From a virus (Duplodnaviria > Caudoviricetes): DNA of 36,878 bases. The translations under genes and the position numbers were made by a program. The notes beneath the pieces were generated by a model, which did no database searches, was not told the DNA's origin, and was given only the letters and a program-made list of their open reading frames with translations. Positions 1-8,278 of the stretch are shown in pieces; position 1 is the first letter of the stretch, and each line of letters opens with the position of its first letter. Location of the stretch: positions 1-36,878 of the IMG/VR virus record IMGVR_UViG_3300014656_001149, one strand, 5' to 3'.

Positions 1-5
1 AGGGA

Positions 6-242
6 ATGATGGAAGAATTTACAGCTTGGGCGATAGACACACAATCGCCCGAAGGTCATGGCTTACTGGGTAGATATTTCTTTAGTTATCCTATACCAGC
101 ATCTGCAGAAGGATGCCTAACTGCTCTATTCAGGACACGGCAAATAGCAAGAGAACATCGTAACAGAATGTTTACTTGGGAAGGTGATGGTTGGAAGCCA
201 AAAGTTATTAAGGTGAAAGTAGTTATCTCGGAGTCTACATAA
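6..242 (+). CDS. Hypothetical protein
   Basis: 78-aa ORF ending just before the next gene; at the window edge. Confidence 0.6.
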   Translation: MMEEFTAWAIDTQSPEGHGLLGRYFFSYPIPASAEGCLTALFRTRQIAREHRNRMFTWEGDGWKPKVIKVKVVISEST

Positions 243-257
243 TTGTACGAGGTTAGA

Positions 258-998
258 ATGAACTTGATTAAAGAAGTTGCTGAGAAAGTAAATCGTCCGT
301 TCTCTGAAAAGTATCTTGAGACACAAGGCCTGATTGCTACCAACCTGATGAAATACAAGGGTAAGGTAGCGGTGGCTTTCTCAGGCGGTAAAGACAGCCT
401 AGTTGTCCTTCATATGGCTTGGCAACTTCAACCAGATATTCTAGTAGTGTTTAACAATACAGGCGTAGAATATCCTGAAACAGTATCATACGTGGCTGAG
501 ATTGCCGAGAAGTGGGATTTGAACTTGGTTGTTACTCATCCTGAAAAGACATATTGGGATATTATGAAACAGGGTGGCTACGATACAGGCAAGAGAAAAA
601 AACATAACGATTGTTGTTATTGGGTTAAAGAGAAGCCAATGCGCCAAGTAGTTAAACAACTCAGTATTGAAGCTGAGATAACTGGCATCACGGCAGTTGA
701 GAACAGGATGAGGATGTTTAATGCCCGTGACTATGGGTGGTGTTTTTACTCAAAGAAAAGTAAAACTCAAAGGATACACCCTATCATGTGGTGGACTCCA
801 GAGGAAGTGAAGGGCTATATTACTAATATGGGCTTGCCCAATAATCCTATCTACGCTAAAGGTGCCGAAAGGATAGGCTGTATGCCCTGCACGGCTTATA
901 AGTATTGGGAAAGTCAGATGCAAAAATTAAATTTCAAACTCTATAAGATAATTAAGCTACGAAAAGATAACCAGTATGTTATGAGGTTAGAATGTTAG
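258..998 (+). CDS. Phosphoadenosine phosphosulfate (PAPS) reductase family protein
   Basis: PP-loop VAFSGGKDS, NTGVEYPET, CC pair (NDCC) and RIGCMPC; ATG at 258 preceded by GAGG. Confidence 0.88.
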   Translation: MNLIKEVAEKVNRPFSEKYLETQGLIATNLMKYKGKVAVAFSGGKDSLVVLHMAWQLQPDILVVFNNTGVEYPETVSYVAEIAEKWDLNLVVTHPEKTYWDIMKQGGYDTGKRKKHNDCCYWVKEKPMRQVVKQLSIEAEITGITAVENRMRMFNARDYGWCFYSKKSKTQRIHPIMWWTPEEVKGYITNMGLPNNPIYAKGAERIGCMPCTAYKYWESQMQKLNFKLYKIIKLRKDNQYVMRLEC

Positions 999-1285
999 AT
1001 GGCAGGATAAATAACAGAGGTACTGGAGGGTTCCACAACTATCCTAAAGCTGAAGCAAAGAAGCAGTGTGAAAGTTGCGGAATTATCGAGCATGGATCAA
1101 TCTACAATGAGTTTTTATCAAAGTACCGGGGGCGTATGATATGCTCATGGTGTACTATTAAATGGAGACGGCTTGGAAGGTCAGTAGAGTTTGAGGAGTT
1201 TAAGAGTGGGATTAAAGTTCAGCCTTATTATGCTAAGAGACGTGGGGAGATAAAGAAACAGGCACAGGAAGGCAAGACTACTTAG
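992..1285 (+). CDS. Zinc-finger protein whose C-terminal HTH is cut by an in-frame TAG
   Basis: CESC and CSWC motifs; frame continues past TAG 1283-1285 as ELMATFGVSRSTIKRALS to TAA 1340-1342. Confidence 0.65.
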   Translation: MLDGRINNRGTGGFHNYPKAEAKKQCESCGIIEHGSIYNEFLSKYRGRMICSWCTIKWRRLGRSVEFEEFKSGIKVQPYYAKRRGEIKKQAQEGKTT

Positions 1286-1333
1286 GAACTAATGGCTACT
1301 TTCGGAGTAAGTAGGAGTACTATTAAGAGAGCA

Positions 1334-1495
1334 TTATCGTAATAGGTCTGTTATTCTTTCCCGTGTTATTCCCATGAATTTTCGGGGCCCGCGGTATCCA
1401 CACCTGCAGAACTTTTGCTTGTAATACTCGTTACGCTGTTCGTTGTAAAGCAGTTCCATCCAGGCTTGCCCGTGACATCTTGGGCACTTTAACAT
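1334..1495 (-). CDS. Small zinc-ribbon protein (53 aa)
   Basis: Read manually: MLKCPRCHGQAW...KFCRCGYRG...; ATG overlaps the stop of the 1495..1749 ORF. Confidence 0.65.
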   Translation of the reverse strand: MLKCPRCHGQAWMELLYNEQRNEYYKQKFCRCGYRGPRKFMGITRERITDLLR

Positions 1496-1749
1496 TATTT
1501 ACCTTCCGCTTTCAGTAGAGTTTCTCTCACTATATCAAATACTCTTGCCTCTTCATCATTGTGGCATCTGTTAGTTGCAAGGCAGACCTTCAAAGCCTTA
1601 TACATATCTGGAGATGCTGCAAACAGAAGACCGTATTTATCTCTAAAGGCAGGGTATATTTCCCCTACCTGGCTTTGTATCCCATCTTCTATCTCAATAA
1701 TCAACCCTTCGTAGAGGTCTTTGCTGTTGTCGTAGTATAATTTTGTCAT
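1495..1749 (-). CDS. Hypothetical phage protein
   Basis: AAGGAG RBS; LFAASPDMYKALK resembles the common phage 'LIAAAPDLLEAL' motif. Confidence 0.75.
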   Translation of the reverse strand: MTKLYYDNSKDLYEGLIIEIEDGIQSQVGEIYPAFRDKYGLLFAASPDMYKALKVCLATNRCHNDEEARVFDIVRETLLKAEGK

Positions 1750-1762
1750 TTCTTTCTCTCCT

Positions 1763-1903
1763 TTAATTCTTACTTATCATTGCGTGTGGCATAGGTGCTG
1801 ACCGGGATAGCATAAGGTGTAATGGGCAGTAGCAGCTATCCAGATACCGCCAAGCTATAAGTTGTTTGAGTGTCACGTAGTCACCCAGTATTGTATTCTT
1901 CAT
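1763..1903 (-). CDS. Small hypothetical protein (46 aa)
   Basis: MKNTILGDY...; AAGGAG RBS and ATGA overlap with the upstream ORF. Confidence 0.5.
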   Translation of the reverse strand: MKNTILGDYVTLKQLIAWRYLDSCYCPLHLMLSRSAPMPHAMISKN

Positions 1904-2040
1904 TTAACTCCTTGTCTCTCTTCTCTTAGAGCTTTAAGACATTCTTCCCGGGCTTTCTTCAGCACCTCATTATGTCTCTGGCTTTCTTCTTCGAGTGCCT
2001 TTTCATAAACCTCTAGTATAAGTTCCCTTTTAGTTGTCAT
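1900..2040 (-). CDS. Small coiled-coil protein (46 aa)
   Basis: MTTKRELILEVYEKALEEESQRH...; starts directly after the stop of the upstream ORF. Confidence 0.6.
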   Translation of the reverse strand: MTTKRELILEVYEKALEEESQRHNEVLKKAREECLKALREERQGVK

Positions 2041-2193
2041 TTACCTTCCCTCCTTTACTCTCGCCCGTTTCCTTTCGGTCTCCTCCGCTTCCTCAACCAC
2101 TTTGTTGAGATGCCTCTTGCACAGTATCTCAACTGGTAAACCAAAGGAAGAGTAAGCTTTACAACCACAAGGCTTCTGCTTAATTAGTTTCAT
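2041..2193 (-). CDS. Small hypothetical protein
   Basis: ATG at 2193 preceded by AAGGAGAAGGA; first gene of the leftward operon. Confidence 0.6.
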   Translation of the reverse strand: MKLIKQKPCGCKAYSSFGLPVEILCKRHLNKVVEEAEETERKRARVKEGR

Positions 2194-2228
2194 TATTCCT
2201 TCTCCTTTATTATTTACTCTCATAATAT

Positions 2229-2257
2229 ACTATACTAGATTGCAAAACATCCGCCAA
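2229..2257 (-). promoter_or_regulatory. Leftward sigma70-type promoter
   Basis: On the minus strand TTGGCG-N17-TATAGT, directly upstream of the leftward operon. Confidence 0.55.
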
Positions 2258-2259
2258 AT

Positions 2260-2279
2260 TACCTACCTTTATCTAGGTA
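2260..2279. promoter_or_regulatory. Inverted repeat between divergent promoters (possible operator)
   Basis: TACCTA-N8-TAGGTA between the two -35 boxes. Confidence 0.35.
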
Positions 2280-2303
2280 TTTATGCTTAGACATCCACAT
2301 TTC

Positions 2304-2332
2304 TTGACAAGAGGAGTATTCTATTTTATCAT
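2304..2332 (+). promoter_or_regulatory. Rightward sigma70-type promoter for the terminase operon
   Basis: TTGACA-N17-TATCAT; only 6 nt separate the -10 box from the terS ATG. Confidence 0.7.
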
Positions 2333-2338
2333 TAAGGT

Positions 2339-2728
2339 ATGACTTCTCTGAAAAAGCCTTTGAGAACTAACGGCAAAGGCAAAGGTAGTAGCCCTAACTC
2401 CAAAGCTAACCTCGCTATAGGCAGAGCTAAACTGGCTGAGAAAAGAAAGAATGGCGAACTTACTAACCCTGAAGGATATAGCCTTACTGCAGACATTAAA
2501 CACAAACTTAACGAAGAGGCTGAGTTTATTTCCCCTACTGCTAGACCTAAAGACAAGCTGTGGCGTGAGCAGATTTCGAGGGCTATTCTAGCTGGGGCTG
2601 CCAGGGGCGAAGCTAAGATGGTAAAGCAATTATGGGACAGAGTAGATGGCACAGTAATAGACAAGCACGCTATACTTGGTGATATTGTTATTGAGGTTGT
2701 ATACAGGGAGAGGAACACTGAAGGGTAA
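2339..2728 (+). CDS. terS: Terminase small subunit (putative)
   Basis: Immediately upstream of terL; basic N-terminus with PNSKANL; C-terminal beta-strand IVIEVVY. Confidence 0.65.
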   Translation: MTSLKKPLRTNGKGKGSSPNSKANLAIGRAKLAEKRKNGELTNPEGYSLTADIKHKLNEEAEFISPTARPKDKLWREQISRAILAGAARGEAKMVKQLWDRVDGTVIDKHAILGDIVIEVVYRERNTEG

Positions 2729-2731
2729 AAG

Positions 2732-4069
2732 ATGGTAACAGCCGAAAAGACAAAGATACAGATAGAGCTACCCCTATCGGAAAGGCATCCTCATCAGGTA
2801 GAGTTTGTTAAAAGCGCGGTAAAGCGGATTATTGTTCGGGCTGGACGGCGTGGTGGTAAGACTGTTGGGGCTGCTATGAAGGCAGTTGAGGCGTTCTTAC
2901 AGAAACGGCGAGTGCTATATACTGCTCCCACTAGCGAGCAGACTGAGAAGTTTTGGTTTGAAATCACGAAGGCATTAGCTCCGCTAGTTGAGACTGGTAT
3001 ATTCCAGCAGAATAACTCGGAGCGGTTTATTGAGCGAGTTGGGACGGAGCAACGTATAAAAGCCAAGACGGCGTGGAATGCGGACTCATTACGTGGAGAT
3101 TATGCCAGCCTTCTTATATTTGACGAATACCAACTCACTAATGAGGATGCTTGGGAGATAGTTGGTGCTCCTATGCTCTTAGACAATAACGGAGATGCGG
3201 TGTTTATCTATACTCCCCCTTCTCTGAGGAGTGCTGGCGTAAGTAAGGCAAGAGACCCCCGGCATGCTGCCAAGATGTTTAAGATGGCTCAAGCTGATAC
3301 CACTGGTCGATGGCAGGCATGCCACTTCACATCACACGACAATCCCTTTATTAGCCGTGACGCTCTTGTGGAAGTAATCAAGGATATGTCCAAGCAATCT
3401 TACCGGCAGGAGATAATGGCGGAGGATGATGAGATACAATTATCCTGGTTAGTCTACAAGGCTTTCAATGAGGCAGTCTGTAAGATAGCACGCTTTGAGA
3501 TACCGGAGAACTGGCTTGTATACTCTGGGCACGACTTCGGCTCGGCTAATCCTGCTGCATTGTTCTTTGCTCAGGTCAAACTACCCTTACCACCGGGGGC
3601 GCCTCCGTATATGAGGCTGAACGACTTAGTATGCTTCAAGGAGTATCTGCCTGGTGGGTTATCTGCACCAAACCATGTCAACACCTGGAAAGAAATAACA
3701 CAGGGATACACTGTTCAAAAGAGTGTGGGTGGAAATGTTACCACAGAGGAGCAGACAAGGCAATTATATGGGATGCACGGCTGGCATATCTCGGCGCCGA
3801 CCATTACAAGGGTCAACGCCCAAGTAGATAGGGTAATTGGCTTAATGGAATTAAACAAGATATACTGTTTTGAGGACAACTATAACTGGTTAGGGGAACT
3901 TATGAACTGTCTTTGGGAGTTGGACAACGAGGGAAGCCCGACAAACAAGATAAAGGATGAGCAGAAATACCACTTGGGGGCTTGTGCTAGGGCATTGTTA
4001 AGCGACTTCACGCCAGAGACAGTAGTAAGTAATAGGCCGAGGGTAAAGGAAGCAGTGTGGGGTTTTTAG
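2732..4069 (+). CDS. terL: Terminase large subunit
   Basis: Walker A VRAGRRGGKT, LRG..LLIFDE Walker B, FTSHDNPFI, YRQEIMAE, nuclease GHDFG. Confidence 0.95.
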   Translation: MVTAEKTKIQIELPLSERHPHQVEFVKSAVKRIIVRAGRRGGKTVGAAMKAVEAFLQKRRVLYTAPTSEQTEKFWFEITKALAPLVETGIFQQNNSERFIERVGTEQRIKAKTAWNADSLRGDYASLLIFDEYQLTNEDAWEIVGAPMLLDNNGDAVFIYTPPSLRSAGVSKARDPRHAAKMFKMAQADTTGRWQACHFTSHDNPFISRDALVEVIKDMSKQSYRQEIMAEDDEIQLSWLVYKAFNEAVCKIARFEIPENWLVYSGHDFGSANPAALFFAQVKLPLPPGAPPYMRLNDLVCFKEYLPGGLSAPNHVNTWKEITQGYTVQKSVGGNVTTEEQTRQLYGMHGWHISAPTITRVNAQVDRVIGLMELNKIYCFEDNYNWLGELMNCLWELDNEGSPTNKIKDEQKYHLGACARALLSDFTPETVVSNRPRVKEAVWGF

Positions 4070-4093
4070 AAGAGATAAGGGAGGATAAAATTT

Positions 4094-4333
4094 ATGCTTC
4101 GCCATAGGACACTAGTATATATATTAGCATCAATTATTGCTTGGCCTGTCGTAACAGTTGTTGCTTTCATGGTGCCATTATTGCCGACTTCTATGTTTTT
4201 TGGGTTAATGCTTATGACTTTTGAGATAGGAGACCCAGAATTCCTTTTCACAGTCTTAGGTATAAGTATATTCACTTTTGTAGTTTCCCCGATTGTTGCG
4301 GTGGGCTGGTTGAACCAGCAGGAGTGGTGGTGA
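4094..4333 (+). CDS. Small membrane protein
   Basis: GGGAGG RBS; 2-3 hydrophobic segments. Confidence 0.65.
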   Translation: MLRHRTLVYILASIIAWPVVTVVAFMVPLLPTSMFFGLMLMTFEIGDPEFLFTVLGISIFTFVVSPIVAVGWLNQQEWW

Positions 4334-4356
4334 GCATCCTTTTTGTGGGAGGAGTT

Positions 4357-4635
4357 ATGAGTAAGCAGGATATTATAAGGGAAGAGATAGCCGAACATAT
4401 TTACACACTGCATATCCGCAGGAGTGGATGGGATGAATGGTATAAACTCTCAAAGGAAAGCAGGGATTCTTATATAAGTAGTTTAGCTATGCCAATTATA
4501 AGGAAACTCCACTCTAAAGGTGTAGTTCTCAAGGTAGAGAGGGAGAAGGTAGAAGGTTGTGACATAATACCGAAGACAAATGCAATCTGTCCGTACAAAG
4601 AAGATTGTTATGCTTTAACAGAGCCATTGATATGA
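4357..4635 (+). CDS. Hypothetical phage protein
   Basis: GGAGGAG RBS before ATG 4357; ATGA overlap with the next gene. Confidence 0.7.
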   Translation: MSKQDIIREEIAEHIYTLHIRRSGWDEWYKLSKESRDSYISSLAMPIIRKLHSKGVVLKVEREKVEGCDIIPKTNAICPYKEDCYALTEPLI

Positions 4636-5114
4636 AGATATTATTGATAGTTCCGACACATAATTATAGTGTAGGGTATCCGTCATTCCTGTCGTTCAGC
4701 GACTTCCCTTCAGGGTTTGGTTATCTAGCTGCTGCGTTAAAGGAAGCTGGACACGAGGTATACGGGTGTAATCCAAATAACATAGTGGGTTATGCCAATG
4801 CCTATTTAATGATACAGGATGTTATCAGCAAGCGTATAATGGACGTAGAGCCTGACCTAATAGGACTGGGGGGGTTATGTACTGATTATGGGTTCTTGAA
4901 GGATGCTATAGGGATAGTGAGGCGAACTAAGACACCGATAGTATTGGGTGGGCAAATAGTAACCAATGATGCTGAGTGGATATTCAATGACTTGAAGCCT
5001 GACTATGCTGTAGTAGGGGAGGGAGAGGAAGCGATGGTGGAATTAGTAAGAGTGCTTGAAGATGGCAAGCGATTAGAGGGTATAGACAACTTATGGTATT
5101 GGGAGGAAGAATGA
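4632..5114 (+). CDS. Cobalamin-binding domain (N-terminal half of a split class B radical SAM enzyme)
   Basis: MKILLIVP, PSGFGYLAAALKEAGHEV, PDLIGL, PIVLGG, DYAVVGEGEEAMVEL. Confidence 0.88.
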   Translation: MKILLIVPTHNYSVGYPSFLSFSDFPSGFGYLAAALKEAGHEVYGCNPNNIVGYANAYLMIQDVISKRIMDVEPDLIGLGGLCTDYGFLKDAIGIVRRTKTPIVLGGQIVTNDAEWIFNDLKPDYAVVGEGEEAMVELVRVLEDGKRLEGIDNLWYWEEE

Positions 5115-5329
5115 TTATAGAGGAAATCGGAACAGTAAAGTTACTTGATTGCCCAGATTGTAAGAAAAAAACACCTCAAGGGGTCGTTGGTGTTATGTGG
5201 AGGAAACATACTGGTGAGGAACCAGAGAAGGTTTGGTTTTGTGCTTTTTGTGGTAGCTATTGGGAGATTGAGGAAAAGCTAGTTCCAGTAATTAAACAGG
5301 TAAGTCCTATCGACAACGGTTGGGCTTAA
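5111..5329 (+). CDS. Small zinc-ribbon protein inserted within the radical SAM gene
   Basis: CPDC...CAFC; ATGA overlap; RBS is the GGAGGA in the W-E-E codons of the upstream half-gene. Confidence 0.75.
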   Translation: MIIEEIGTVKLLDCPDCKKKTPQGVVGVMWRKHTGEEPEKVWFCAFCGSYWEIEEKLVPVIKQVSPIDNGWA

Positions 5330-5332
5330 TTA

Positions 5333-6436
5333 ATGAAAGCAGTATTCACAGGTAAAAACACTAAGTATAAGCCGATAGACTCGTTACCATTCCCTGATTA
5401 TGAGCCTTTTGGTATACAGGATATGATTGACGAGTATTCTCATGCGACAAGGTTGACATACAGGTATTGTCGTTCGGATGCTCGTCCTTATAATATAGTT
5501 GCTTCGAGGAGTTGTCCTTTCTCGTGTACATTCTGCATACACGGACATGACCGACCTCCGTATAGGGCGAGGTCTATTGAGAGTGTAATGGAGGAGATAA
5601 AGGTAAGTTATGAGCGGTATCAATTTAACATTTTGATTATACTGGATGAGTTGTTTGTTGCTAATAAGAAGAGGATGGTTGCATTCTGTGAGGGTATAAT
5701 TGAAGGAAAAGAGAGGTATGGGTGGGACTTTAATTGGATGTTCCAGACTCATGCCAATGCTAGGTTTAATTTAGAGTCGTTAAAGTTAGCTAAGAGGGCA
5801 GGGTGCTTTTTATTTTCTTATGGTTTAGAGAGTGCCAGCCAGCCAGTTCTGAATAGTATGAATAAGAAGACGAAAGTCTCTCAGATTGTGGAGGCTATTA
5901 AGATGGCAGAGGAAGCTGGGGTTGGTTTTTCTGGTAATCTGATATTTGGTGATGTAGCGGAGACAGAAGAGACCATAGCTGAGTCCTTGAGTTTTTGGTT
6001 AGAACACTGTAGGAGGGTTTTCGTATTTCTAAGTAAGGTCAACCCTTTTCCCGGGAGCAAACTGTTTGATGTGTGCGTGGAAAGGGGATTGTTTGCCGAT
6101 AAAAGAGAGTATTATGAGCATATCAATGATTTTAAGGTTAATATGACCAATATTCCGATTGAGCGGTATGCTGCATTGATGGGGTTGATTGGTCATATGG
6201 AGACAGAGTGGTTGTTTGTTAAAACGGTTCTTAATACTCGGTATGAGATAGAGTCTCCGGATGTAGAGTCTCTGGATGGGGAGTCTTATATGGGTGGTAA
6301 GAAATATAAGGTAACGAGCGAATGTCCTTACTGTGGTGAAGAGAGCGTTTACAGGGAGATAGTAAATGGTTTCCCTTTCTCATTGGGTACAGGGTGTACG
6401 AAGTGCAATAAGAAGATTAAAGTGGAGGTAAGATGA
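5333..6436 (+). CDS. Radical SAM domain (C-terminal half of the split B12-dependent enzyme) with C-terminal zinc ribbon
   Basis: IDSLPFPDY, SRSCPFSCTFC, RARSIESVMEEI, LDELF, YGLESAS; terminal CPYC...CTKC. Confidence 0.9.
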   Translation: MKAVFTGKNTKYKPIDSLPFPDYEPFGIQDMIDEYSHATRLTYRYCRSDARPYNIVASRSCPFSCTFCIHGHDRPPYRARSIESVMEEIKVSYERYQFNILIILDELFVANKKRMVAFCEGIIEGKERYGWDFNWMFQTHANARFNLESLKLAKRAGCFLFSYGLESASQPVLNSMNKKTKVSQIVEAIKMAEEAGVGFSGNLIFGDVAETEETIAESLSFWLEHCRRVFVFLSKVNPFPGSKLFDVCVERGLFADKREYYEHINDFKVNMTNIPIERYAALMGLIGHMETEWLFVKTVLNTRYEIESPDVESLDGESYMGGKKYKVTSECPYCGEESVYREIVNGFPFSLGTGCTKCNKKIKVEVR

Positions 6437-8157
6437 ATTATCCAGATTTAGTTAAAGAACAAGAAGATGAGATGTCTGAACTTGAAAAGAGATGGCAGGT
6501 GGATGATAATTTACTCCATCTTAAGGATTATGTAATGAGGGGGCCACCTGATGTTGATGGGGTGGCTCATGCCATACCAGGGATTGTGAATGCTACCCTT
6601 AATAAACCTGCGGTTTATGGTAGGCAAGTCACGGCTGCTTTAGGGGCGGTAAAGCAGCAGGTTATAGTTGAGAGTGCTGACGAGAGTTTTGACACCCATG
6701 AGATAGAGGAGTTTCAAGACAGTGCCTTTGGTGCTGCTAATGATAAGTTAAGAAAGCAACGACTGCCAGCACTCAATCCATTTGCTGATGCCCAGTTCTG
6801 TTTCAGGGGTAGGACTGGAAGAAGAGTTTTGTTCAGGGAAAAGGATGGAGTTCTAATACCTGACATAATGCCTTGGGACGGAAGATATATCCGAGGTAAG
6901 TTTGGAGAGAACGGTTTAGATTGGGCTGCTTATGCTATTAGACGTAGTAAGGCAGATATAGAGGCTGAATACGGCATCGTGATTGATGGCAAGAGGGGTG
7001 CGGTATTGGATGTATGGGACAAAGAACACAACGAGGTGTGGATAGATGGGAAGAGGATTAGCCTGAGCAAGGATGGAAAAAAGAGGAAAGAAGAGCATAA
7101 ATACGGTTATGTTCCTGTAGTATTAGGGATAGTTTCATTGGGTTATGGGGATATACTTCTTGATGAGGATAGTTTTAAGTATGAAGGGGAGTCTATATTC
7201 TTTCTTATAAGAGGTGTAGTGCCTCAACTTAATATGTGTCTTAGTATAGGGCAGACATTGAATTTTCTATCAGTTAAGAGACCTGCTCAATGGGAAAGTC
7301 AAGGTGGAATGCAGGATGGGCCTGATTATGATAAAGCTTTTAAGCCAGGGTCGATAGTATCTGCGGAAATAGGTGGTGGTCTTAAGATGATAGATTTTGG
7401 AGATGCTATTGCTGCATTTGACCGAGTCTACAATATGTTAGAGAAGGCGATACAGGAAGGGAGTTATACCGATATAGATATAGGGAATGTCAGTCAGCCT
7501 TTCTCTGCGGTGGCTCTTATTGAAATTGGGGAAGGTAGAGACCAACCGCTGCTACCTATATTAGCAGCTAAAGAATGGTTGAATATAGATACAGCCGAGA
7601 TGTTTACCAAACAAGTCATACAAATAGGTGGGACAGTGGAGTTAGGTGCTCCAGGTCATAAGAGGAAGTTTTCTACAAGCAAGTTAAATGGTGAATATAC
7701 CACCGATTATAAGTATTATATTAAGTCTCCGAAGATTGATATAGCCAGGATGTCGATAGCACAGCAAGCTAAAGAGTGGTATCCTAGAGAGCATATCTAT
7801 GAAGAGGTCTTACAGGTAGAAGACCCTAAAGGGATGTTGAGGGATTGGTACTCAGAATTGGCGGAGATGGTAGACCCTAATGTTCTGAAACTCAAGATTG
7901 TCTTATCCCTTTTAGAGAAGGCAGATGATGGGGATGAGGATGCTGAGATGGAGGCTTTTGTAATGGCACAAGGGATGGGAATAAGTATAGAGCAACTAAA
8001 GGCAGGGATAGTGCCTGAAACACCTCAGTTGCCAGAAGGTGAAGGTGCTGTGCCTCTTGTACCTGAAGGAGGTAGGGTAGGTGGAACAGTACCCAGCTCA
8101 GCAAAGAAAGCAGGAGAATTAACGAGGACGCCACGAAGGGAGGTGCCAATTGCTTAA
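6433..8157 (+). CDS. Portal protein (podovirus-type, putative)
   Basis: 574 aa, downstream of terL; EHKYGYVPVV-type motif and FSAVAL; low-complexity C-terminus. Confidence 0.75.
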   Translation: MNYPDLVKEQEDEMSELEKRWQVDDNLLHLKDYVMRGPPDVDGVAHAIPGIVNATLNKPAVYGRQVTAALGAVKQQVIVESADESFDTHEIEEFQDSAFGAANDKLRKQRLPALNPFADAQFCFRGRTGRRVLFREKDGVLIPDIMPWDGRYIRGKFGENGLDWAAYAIRRSKADIEAEYGIVIDGKRGAVLDVWDKEHNEVWIDGKRISLSKDGKKRKEEHKYGYVPVVLGIVSLGYGDILLDEDSFKYEGESIFFLIRGVVPQLNMCLSIGQTLNFLSVKRPAQWESQGGMQDGPDYDKAFKPGSIVSAEIGGGLKMIDFGDAIAAFDRVYNMLEKAIQEGSYTDIDIGNVSQPFSAVALIEIGEGRDQPLLPILAAKEWLNIDTAEMFTKQVIQIGGTVELGAPGHKRKFSTSKLNGEYTTDYKYYIKSPKIDIARMSIAQQAKEWYPREHIYEEVLQVEDPKGMLRDWYSELAEMVDPNVLKLKIVLSLLEKADDGDEDAEMEAFVMAQGMGISIEQLKAGIVPETPQLPEGEGAVPLVPEGGRVGGTVPSSAKKAGELTRTPRREVPIA

Positions 8158-8278
8158 AAAGAAACGTTTTTTCACTAAAGAGGATTTTTACAATCAGTTA
8201 AGAACACAGTTAATGCCGAAACCCATTTCATTAGGAAGCAGGCTCAAGCAAGCTGTGCTGAGAAGGAAAACACGGTAA
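8150..8278 (+). CDS. Small basic protein (42 aa, TTG start)
   Basis: GGAGGTG RBS; MLKKKRFFTKEDFYNQL...; TAATG overlap with the next gene. Confidence 0.55.
   Translation: MLKKKRFFTKEDFYNQLRTQLMPKPISLGSRLKQAVLRRKTR

Noticed and set aside
1283-1285. Genome-wide TAG reassignment
   Set aside because: Many genes end cleanly at TAG and long ORFs are intact in the standard code
5100-5340. T4 gene 60-style ribosomal bypass or self-splicing intron rejoining the radical SAM halves
   Set aside because: The GAA near the second half would land out of frame; no group I/II intron core was recognised; the insert is fully occupied by an ORF
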